Source: an uncultured delta proteobacterium
GTDB taxonomy: Bacteria > Myxococcota_A > Polyangia > Polyangiales > Houyiibacteriaceae
DNA: 64,000 bases
Assembly (NCBI GenBank): GCA_963817725.1
Contig: CAWFPD010000004.1
Coordinates: 330,425-394,424, forward strand
Reading direction: 5' to 3'
The translations under genes were made by a program, and so were the position numbers. The notes beneath the pieces are model-generated. The model worked only from the letters and a program-made list of their open reading frames with translations, did no database searches and was not told the origin of the DNA. Positions 9,257-16,231 of this stretch are shown here, one piece after another; the first letter of the stretch is position 1, and the number at the start of each line of letters is the position of its first letter.

Positions 9257-11746
9257 CGCTCCGGTCGATTGATCATAGGACCATTCCTCGGCGGAAATCG
9301 AGGTCCCGTCGAGTGAAACACCGCAGACATCGAAAGGCCCCTCGAGCGTTCGCATCGAAGCTTCGAGGTGAATGGTTCTTTGCGTGCCATCTTGCAGGGT
9401 GAGCTTCCAGCTTTGGTTGTCCTCCGTGCTGCTCCACTGCCCTTCCGCGAAAAACGTACCCGCGGTCTCACCGCGTGGAAACGCGAGCACGTGCAGCAGG
9501 TCGTCCCGATCGGAAGCATGGATGATCGCGGGATCATCGCCGTACTCCGCCAGCGTAAAGACGTCGGGCCAGAGCATGGGAATCACGGCTCCTGTTCGCA
9601 CGAACATCGGAATTTCAGGCGAGGGTGCCGAGACCGTGAGAGACGCGCCGCCCTCGCGGAGCACGGGCGACGTCATGCTGAAGGCGCCGTTCTCCTCGGC
9701 GTAGCTTATCGAGCGCCACCACTCGACCCACGTGCCTTCCGGTAGGTAGAGCTCCCGCTCGGTTGCGCCCTCCACGTAAACAGGGGCGACGAGGATGTCC
9801 GGACCGAACATGTATTGATCGTCACGGCCGGTCGCTTCCACATCGTCCGGATGCGTGAGCACGTGATGCTGCATGATCGGCCTTCCCGTGGAGTAATACG
9901 TCTCAGCGGCTGCCTGGATGTAGGGGTAGAGCTGCGTATGGAGCTTGGCGTACAAGCGCCAAACCGGTTGGTGCGCCGGATACCAGGGTTGCGGGCGATC
10001 ATATTCCGGGACCTGGACCCCGTTCTTTTCGCTCCGCATGATCACCGAAAGGCCCCCATAGGCGATCCAACGATCGAAGAGCTCGTCGGAGAGGGTACGG
10101 GCAATTTGGAAGAAGCCGCCGATGTCAGAGCCCCAAATCCCGACGCCGGAGGTGCCCATCGAGAGCGCACGATAGATCGAGGATTGCAAACCATCGTAGT
10201 CCCATCCGGATGTCGGGTCTCCGCCCCATACGATGGGTGTGCACGCCGGCGAGCCGGTCCATCCCGAGCGCGTAAACCGAGCCAAGGGGCGATCCGTGTC
10301 CGCTGTCGCTTCATACGCTCCGCAGTGATAGTCGCGAACATAGCGATTGTGAAACTCCGTGCCCGTCGCTCCGCTCGCCGAGACCGCGTCGAGTGGAGTG
10401 TACTCGCCGAAGTCCTCCATCCAACCGTCGTATCCATGCGCGATCGCTTCACCCGTCAAGGACTTGTATGTGGAGACACCGCTCGGTGCGGCGAAATCGA
10501 ACTGGCTGACCTCGAAACAGCTGTTCACGTTGCTGCAGTAGTCGTAGATGTAGGTATCGCCATCTCCGTTCATGATGAGCGCGCCTCGAGCCTCCGACTC
10601 GCTGAACACGGGCTCGTAGGAACGGCAAATCATCGGATTGAAATAGGTATGGATTGCGACCCCCATGGCGTGATTGTCAGCGGTTCGGACCTCCTGATCC
10701 TGTTCTCGGCCCTGCTGGCTTCCGCACGGGAGATAGTGCAGATACGTGGCGTTGAGCGAGGTCGGCACGTCGGCTAGGCGGGCCTCTTCGATCTGGTCGT
10801 CGGATTCGGTTTGCAGCCACGGACCGAAGAACCAGGGTGCATAGTCATCGGGCTGCCGGCCGACCGCCTCGGTGTAGCGGCTCAGCGCCTGCGCCGGCGT
10901 GGGTCCACCAAACACGCGAAAACGCAGCTCAGTTGCTTCGACTTCGAGGCTCCACGCATCTGCACTCTCCGAACCGACCCGGTGATAGCTCATCTCGTCG
11001 TTGTCGATGAGGACGCCGTAACCGCGAGAGGACAGCAGCCAAGGAATCGGGAAATAGGTGGTGTCCGGCCGCCACCGCGTTCCCCACTTGGGGAGCAACG
11101 CGCCCATGATGATGTACTCGGCCTCATCGTAGTAGGGACCGTCGGCGACATAGTGCTCGAGCGCCCATCCCGCCTGGTCAACGGCGTTGCTGCGTTCTCC
11201 AAACCCTACGAAGCGCTCGTCTTCGACCGCCACGAAGCCGATGCCTAGGGCCTGAACCCCATCGCTGCGAGTCGGGCGAACCGTGAGCTCGATTACGCCG
11301 TCCGATTGCGGCGCAGCGATGAGCTCGAGCGTTCGATCCGGGTCGGAGGTGGCAATCGTCGCCACATACGATTCGCCTTCGTAGCGGGAGGTCTCGAGGG
11401 CGACGGCATGAATCCAGCCCGTGTCGTGTCCGGGGGGTGTGGCCGGCTGGCCGTCCTCGAGCGGTGGCAGGGCCGGCTCTTGCCCGCTGCCTGCAGGTGG
11501 GGGGCCGAGATGCATCGCAACGCTTCCGGTAGGTCCGCCGTCAGTCGCTCCGTGCTCGATGAGCACTTCGTTTCCATCGGCATCGAAGAACGTCATGTTC
11601 CATGGTGACTCGGTCACGCGCAGCTTCAGCGCCCCCGCATCGACCGTCCACTCTTGCGTCCCGGTGCTGTCACCATTGCTGCAACCCGCCATGACGAAGG
11701 TCATCGCGAAACCAATCAAAACGAAGCTCGACGAGCGCATGGTCAA
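9203..11746 (-). CDS. Glycoside hydrolase family 31 lipoprotein (alpha-glucosidase/alpha-xylosidase-like)
   Basis: Lipobox VMAGCS. GH31-type motifs: HGYDGWMEDFGEYTP and IVWGGDPTSGWDYDGLQSSI. Confidence 0.8.
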   Translation of the reverse strand: MTMRSSSFVLIGFAMTFVMAGCSNGDSTGTQEWTVDAGALKLRVTESPWNMTFFDADGNEVLIEHGATDGGPTGSVAMHLGPPPAGSGQEPALPPLEDGQPATPPGHDTGWIHAVALETSRYEGESYVATIATSDPDRTLELIAAPQSDGVIELTVRPTRSDGVQALGIGFVAVEDERFVGFGERSNAVDQAGWALEHYVADGPYYDEAEYIIMGALLPKWGTRWRPDTTYFPIPWLLSSRGYGVLIDNDEMSYHRVGSESADAWSLEVEATELRFRVFGGPTPAQALSRYTEAVGRQPDDYAPWFFGPWLQTESDDQIEEARLADVPTSLNATYLHYLPCGSQQGREQDQEVRTADNHAMGVAIHTYFNPMICRSYEPVFSESEARGALIMNGDGDTYIYDYCSNVNSCFEVSQFDFAAPSGVSTYKSLTGEAIAHGYDGWMEDFGEYTPLDAVSASGATGTEFHNRYVRDYHCGAYEATADTDRPLARFTRSGWTGSPACTPIVWGGDPTSGWDYDGLQSSIYRALSMGTSGVGIWGSDIGGFFQIARTLSDELFDRWIAYGGLSVIMRSEKNGVQVPEYDRPQPWYPAHQPVWRLYAKLHTQLYPYIQAAAETYYSTGRPIMQHHVLTHPDDVEATGRDDQYMFGPDILVAPVYVEGATERELYLPEGTWVEWWRSISYAEENGAFSMTSPVLREGGASLTVSAPSPEIPMFVRTGAVIPMLWPDVFTLAEYGDDPAIIHASDRDDLLHVLAFPRGETAGTFFAEGQWSSTEDNQSWKLTLQDGTQRTIHLEASMRTLEGPFDVCGVSLDGTSISAEEWSYDQSTGALDVTYDTTSGTLEVTGC

Positions 11747-11894
11747 CTCCCTATGATTGCCCGGGCCGGCGCAACCCTGGCACGTCGGCGCTGCGCGCGC
11801 ACGAGAAAACGAGGCTGATCAGCGCGGTTTCGACAGCCATGGACGGACGCGCCGCACTTCCCTTATGCTGATTTCTCGTTCGAGGAGGTATCCG

Positions 11895-12161
11895 ATGTCC
11901 GCAGCAAAGACATTCACAGTGAACGTGAAGATCGTCGAGGAGGGCCACGCGACGGATGCAACGGCTCGCCTCACGATAGACGGCGATGAGCTAGTCGGCG
12001 TGGGCAAGGCCCGCCGCAATCCCGAAGACCCGAATCGTCCCATGATCGGAGATGAGCTTGCCATGGCACGGGCGCTGGTCGTGTTGGCGCGAAAGCTCGG
12101 CGAGAAGGTCGACGAAGGCATCGAAGCCTACGAAGGCCATGTGGTTCACGTTACGATCTAG
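11895..12161 (+). CDS. DUF1876 domain protein
   Basis: GAGGAGG lies 6 nt upstream of the ATG at 11895. The pattern TFTVNVKIVEEGHATDATARLTIDGDELVGVGKARRNPEDPNRPMIGDELAMARAL matches what I recall of DUF1876. Confidence 0.7.
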   Translation: MSAAKTFTVNVKIVEEGHATDATARLTIDGDELVGVGKARRNPEDPNRPMIGDELAMARALVVLARKLGEKVDEGIEAYEGHVVHVTI

Positions 12162-12207
12162 CCTAAATTTAGAGGGAATGCGGACTCATTGAATCGGCGT
12201 CGGGGTC

Positions 12208-12235
12208 GAACGTCTATCTCGATGAGGAGACGTTC
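12208..12235 (+). promoter_or_regulatory. Stem-loop overlapping the Shine-Dalgarno sequence of the downstream lipoprotein gene
   Basis: The arm GAACGTCT (12208-12215) is perfectly complementary to AGACGTTC (12228-12235), with a 12-nt loop. GGAG (12226-12229) lies at the junction of the loop and the 3' arm. The ATG is at 12239. Confidence 0.35.
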
Positions 12236-12238
12236 ACC

Positions 12239-12673
12239 ATGCCACTTCGACTCAATCTGCCCCTGACATGGTTTGCTGCCGCGTTTTGCGCTTCGCTTTT
12301 TTCGGGATGCATCTTCGTAGGAGACTACGAGGACTTCTACGAGCCGCAGCCGAAGTCGATCATGTACGAAACCTGCTACTCGGACGTGGACTGTTTCGCA
12401 GGCCGCTACTGCGAGGAGCTGGCACTCCCGGCCGACCGTTACACGGACTACGTCAACGCGATTTGTACGGTCGGATGCTTCGACGACCTCGATTGTCCCA
12501 TCTCCGAGTTCAATGGCCTTCCTGGAGCCTGCATCGACCACGTGCTCCTCGGCGGGCCGGTCACCTCGCGAATCTGCGTCGAGCGTTGCATCATCGATGC
12601 AGACTGCGACGTGGCGGCGGGCTTTGGTTGCGAGCTCATCGCTGGCGAGCGGCTTTGTGTGCCGATCCGCTGA
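12239..12673 (+). CDS. Cys-rich secreted lipoprotein, unknown function
   Basis: Lipobox LFSGC. Contains about a dozen Cys in DCxxxxxC-type spacing (YSDVDCFAGRYCEE, TVGCFDDLDCPI, ERCIIDADCDVAAGFGCE). Confidence 0.6.
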   Translation: MPLRLNLPLTWFAAAFCASLFSGCIFVGDYEDFYEPQPKSIMYETCYSDVDCFAGRYCEELALPADRYTDYVNAICTVGCFDDLDCPISEFNGLPGACIDHVLLGGPVTSRICVERCIIDADCDVAAGFGCELIAGERLCVPIR

Positions 12674-12731
12674 CCGAGGGACTGGACAACGACTCCACAG
12701 CGCTATGATCCTCCAAAAGAGAGGAAGCATC

Positions 12732-13391
12732 ATGGCCAAGGTCCTCATCACAGGAGCGAATCGGGGCATCGGTCTAGAGCTCGTCCGACAGCTCGCCAAG
12801 CGCGGTGACGAAGTGATCGCATTGTGCCGGAAGGCGAGCCCGGAGCTGACCAAGCAGGGTGTTCGAGTGTTCGAGGGCATTGACGTGACAGACGACGCGG
12901 CGCTCGCGACGGTATCCCGCGAGCTCGGCGACACCAAGATCGACGTTTTGATCAGCAACGCCGGGGTCATGCTCGATGAGCCGTTTCCGAACCTCGATTT
13001 CGACGGAATACGAAGGCAATTCGAGGTCAATACGCTCGGCCCCCTGTTGGTAACCTCCACCTTGCGAGACCATCTGCAGCCCGGATCCAAGGTGATTTTG
13101 ATTACGAGCCGAATGGGGTCCATCGGCGACAACGAGTCGGGCGGGTACTACGGATATCGGATGTCAAAAGCAGCGCTCAACATGGCCGGCGTCAATCTCG
13201 CTCACGATCTGAGGAGTGGGCGAATCGCCGTGGCAGTGCTGCATCCTGGGATGGTTGCGACGCGCATGACTGGCAATCATGGCATCCCGGTAGAGGAGGC
13301 GGCCGAGGGGCTCATCGCGCGCATCGACGATCTCACGCTCGCGACCTCAGGCGGGTTCTGGCACGCCAACGGCGAGCGGCTGCCATGGTGA
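12732..13391 (+). CDS. Short-chain dehydrogenase/reductase (classical SDR)
   Basis: Motifs MAKVLITGANRGIGLELVRQL, NAGV, and YGYRMSKAALN (YxxxK). Confidence 0.85.
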   Translation: MAKVLITGANRGIGLELVRQLAKRGDEVIALCRKASPELTKQGVRVFEGIDVTDDAALATVSRELGDTKIDVLISNAGVMLDEPFPNLDFDGIRRQFEVNTLGPLLVTSTLRDHLQPGSKVILITSRMGSIGDNESGGYYGYRMSKAALNMAGVNLAHDLRSGRIAVAVLHPGMVATRMTGNHGIPVEEAAEGLIARIDDLTLATSGGFWHANGERLPW

Positions 13392-13443
13392 ACCCTAAAC
13401 AATCGTTGTCGTGAGCGACTAGATCCTTCAAGCTGCACGCGTC

Positions 13444-14460
13444 GTGCCCGTCGCTTGGGAAAGCCTGCCAACCGAGGAGCTGCTGGACGTTCGACTGTCT
13501 GATCTGGGCCTGAGTCTATCGGGCACGTGGCTCGAGGATTGCACGGAACGTCTGCGCGAAGAGCTCCACGCAAGAGGGCTGCTCCATTTCCGCCTCCACA
13601 CGTGGCTGGCAGACGAGTGGTGCTCGCCAGACGGTATCCCCGGCATCGGGCTTCCGTTCTACTTGGCGCATCCACGCCTCATCCGTCTCGAGCGGCAGAT
13701 GATGTTCGAGGTCGAGGGCGGAACGCGCGCCGAGTGCATGCGACTGCTGCGCCACGAGGCGGGTCACGCCTTGCAACACGCTTACAACCTGCAACGCCGC
13801 AAGGGGTGGCAGCGCGCTTTTGGGCACGCAAGCGAGCCCTACCCCGAGTTCTACCGACCCAACCCGGTGAGCAAGAGCTTCGTCGAGCATCTGGACGGCT
13901 GGTATGCGCAAGCTCACCCCGTCGAGGACTTCGCCGAAACGTTTGCCGTCTGGCTCGCTCCGCGTTCCCAGTGGCGCAAACAATACGAGGGGTGGCCAGC
14001 GCTAAGAAAGCTGAAATACGTCGACGAGCTGGCCTCGGACCTTGCAGACAAGAAGCCTCCCGTGAAAACCCGGGCTCGGCCCTACTCTCTTTCCCAACTT
14101 CGATACACGCTACGAACCCACTACGAGCGACGCCAAGCGCACTACAGCCCAGGCTTCAGCAACGAGTACGACCGCGACCTGTTGAAGATCTTCAGCGAGT
14201 CACCCCGGTACCGGAACAACGAGACGGCCGCTTCGTTCTTGCGTCGCAATCGGCGTCAAATTCGAGAGCAAATCGCGCTCTTCACGGGCGAATATCAGTT
14301 CACCGTCGATCAGGTGCTTCGTGATATCATCGGAAGGTGCCGCGAGCTCAGGCTGCGGCTCACCAAAGGGGAGCGTCAGACGAAGCTCGACTTTGCCATC
14401 ATGTTGACGGTGCACACCGTGCACCTTCTGCACCGGCGGGACACATGGCACCCACTATAA
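13444..14460 (+). CDS. Putative zinc metallopeptidase (HExxH)
   Basis: Contains LLRHEAGHALQH (HExxH). GTG start. The 3' end overlaps the next gene by 16 nt. Confidence 0.6.
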   Translation: MPVAWESLPTEELLDVRLSDLGLSLSGTWLEDCTERLREELHARGLLHFRLHTWLADEWCSPDGIPGIGLPFYLAHPRLIRLERQMMFEVEGGTRAECMRLLRHEAGHALQHAYNLQRRKGWQRAFGHASEPYPEFYRPNPVSKSFVEHLDGWYAQAHPVEDFAETFAVWLAPRSQWRKQYEGWPALRKLKYVDELASDLADKKPPVKTRARPYSLSQLRYTLRTHYERRQAHYSPGFSNEYDRDLLKIFSESPRYRNNETAASFLRRNRRQIREQIALFTGEYQFTVDQVLRDIIGRCRELRLRLTKGERQTKLDFAIMLTVHTVHLLHRRDTWHPL

Positions 14461-15476
14461 AGCGACGCCGAATCATCGTTCTCGTCCACGAAAATCTCAT
14501 CCCGCCCGAAGACATCAGCAATCTTTCACCTGCTCAAATCGCACCGTTTCAGACGGAGTTCGACGTGCGTGAGTCCTTGCGGTTCCTCGGTCACGAGGTG
14601 CTCATGGTCGGCCTCGGCGACGAGCTGACACCGCTGCGAACCGCCCTCGAAGAGTTCAAGCCGCACGTCGTTTTCAACCTCCTCGAGGAGTTCGGAGGCG
14701 AGGCGATGTTCGACACGCACGTGGTCGGATACCTGGAGCTCAAGCGTACCCCTTACACTGGGTGTAATCCGCGCGGGCTCCTGTTGGCGCGCGACAAAGC
14801 CCTATCGAAGAAGGTGCTGACGTACCACCGCATCCACGTGCCCCGGTTCCGGGTATTCCCCCGGTACCGAAGAATCAAGCGGCCCAAGGACTTGGAGTTT
14901 CCTCTGATCGTCAAGTCGTTGATCGAGGAGGGCAGCTACGGCATCTCGCAAGCGTCCGTCGTCTACAACGACAAGGCGCTCGAGGAACGGGTCGCCTTCA
15001 TCCACGAGAAGATTCAGACCGACGCGGTCGTGGAACAGTACATCGAAGGACGCGAGCTCTATGCGGCCGTGTTCGGCAATCACAGGCTCCAAGTGCTTCC
15101 CACCTGGGAGCTGTTTCTCGACAAGATCCGCGAGGACGCTCCGAAGATTGCGACTCGCAAAGTGAAGTGGGATCTGAGCTACCAGGAGAAGTACGGCGTG
15201 CGGATCGGCCGTGCCAGAAAGCTCCCGGAAGAGGTGGAACGAGCCATCGCTCCCTTGGCGCGCCGGATTTGCAGGCGGCTCCGGACCGACGGCTACGTGC
15301 GCATCGACTTCAGGCTCCACGAATCGGGTCGACTCTACTTTCTAGAGGCCAATCCCAATCCCGACATCGCGGAGGAAGAGGAGTTCGCGGGCGCCGCCAA
15401 GGCGGCCGGGATCGACTACCCCACCCTACTCCAGAAGATCGTCAACCTCGGCATTCGGCGCGCCGAGCATGGCTGA
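14445..15476 (+). CDS. ATP-grasp enzyme, D-alanine--D-alanine ligase-like
   Basis: Ddl-like layout: RIIVLVHENLIPP...KPHVVFNLLEEFGGE...ARDKALSKKVLTYHRIHVPRF...PLIVKSLIEEGSYGISQ...VEQYIEGRELY...RIDFRLHESGRLYFLEANPNPD. Confidence 0.75.
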   Translation: MAPTIKRRRIIVLVHENLIPPEDISNLSPAQIAPFQTEFDVRESLRFLGHEVLMVGLGDELTPLRTALEEFKPHVVFNLLEEFGGEAMFDTHVVGYLELKRTPYTGCNPRGLLLARDKALSKKVLTYHRIHVPRFRVFPRYRRIKRPKDLEFPLIVKSLIEEGSYGISQASVVYNDKALEERVAFIHEKIQTDAVVEQYIEGRELYAAVFGNHRLQVLPTWELFLDKIREDAPKIATRKVKWDLSYQEKYGVRIGRARKLPEEVERAIAPLARRICRRLRTDGYVRIDFRLHESGRLYFLEANPNPDIAEEEEFAGAAKAAGIDYPTLLQKIVNLGIRRAEHG

Positions 15477-15486
15477 TCACGGCAAC

Positions 15487-15981
15487 TTACTGCGGGTACA
15501 ACTCGTGCAGATACGATCGAAAGCAGTCCGCCTCTGCGCTGGACCAATAGTCGCTCGGATTCCCGGTATTCGGCATACGCACGAGGCCAATGGGCTTGCT
15601 GGTAACCTCAGCTAGCATTTGACTGCAATCGGGATCGACGTCGTCTACGAGGAAGTAGGGGCTCCCGTCCGCGAAGGTCGTGAGCGAAGACAGCGCCTCC
15701 TCGACCGATCCGGACAGGTCGACCGTCCAGGTGGTGATCGCCGACATCCCGTGACACCCGGTCAGGGCGCAGCCCTCGAGCTTGGTGCGAAGCGCCGAAT
15801 CGTCGGCGAGCGAATAGCCGGTCAGCGAGCAGGAGGGCGCAGCCACCTCCGGGTTATCGCAGTAGACTAGCGCTGCCTCCCGAGGTGGCGGGCTGGCATC
15901 CGTCCCTCCGCAGGCGCCCAGAATCGAGCCACAAGCGACCACGAGCATCGTTCGAACCAAGTTCATCCGTGTGTAAAGCAT
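15487..15981 (-). CDS. Secreted lipoprotein, unknown function
   Basis: Lipobox ILGAC. No recognisable domain. The start is ambiguous (15966, 15981 or 15996). Confidence 0.5.
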   Translation of the reverse strand: MLYTRMNLVRTMLVVACGSILGACGGTDASPPPREAALVYCDNPEVAAPSCSLTGYSLADDSALRTKLEGCALTGCHGMSAITTWTVDLSGSVEEALSSLTTFADGSPYFLVDDVDPDCSQMLAEVTSKPIGLVRMPNTGNPSDYWSSAEADCFRSYLHELYPQ

Positions 15982-15996
15982 GTCTCTCCCATTCAC

Positions 15997-16231
15997 CTTC
16001 GATGCAAAATTGCCTTCTCATTTCACATCATGAGCAAAATTTTTCAACCGTTTCAAAGGAAAATTTCAGCTCTGTTTATCGCGAGATCATTGCATGGGCG
16101 CGTACCGATGCAAGATCCATCACAAAATCAATGCACCCGCAAGGCGCAAAATTTGCACTTTAAGTGTTCTATTGTACTGAAAACATAGTCCCCTCGGGTT
16201 GTTTTCGCATGTTAACCTGTCGTTTGTGCAA
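15997..16231. promoter_or_regulatory. AT-rich divergent control region
   Basis: A marked AT-rich island between two divergent lipoprotein genes. It holds near-palindromes GCAAAATTGC (16004-16013) and GCAAAATTTGC (16146-16156). The 12-mer CTGAAAACATAG (16177-16188) recurs at 63267-63278. Confidence 0.5.

Noticed and set aside
11777-11793. TGGCACG-containing sigma-54-like sequence upstream of the DUF1876 gene
   Set aside because: The downstream GC dinucleotide is one position off the required -24/-12 spacing, and there is no TTGC-like -12 element.
15700-15760. CALTGCHG in the small lipoprotein (15487-15981) as a possible haem c site
   Set aside because: The spacing is CX4CH, not CXXCH. A single atypical motif without other cytochrome features is insufficient.
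15997-16231. AT-rich islands (also 23286-23400 and 63170-63350) considered as insertion-sequence ends or horizontally acquired DNA
   Set aside because: There are no transposase or integrase genes, no terminal inverted repeats and no target duplications. All three islands are divergent promoter regions between well-embedded genes.
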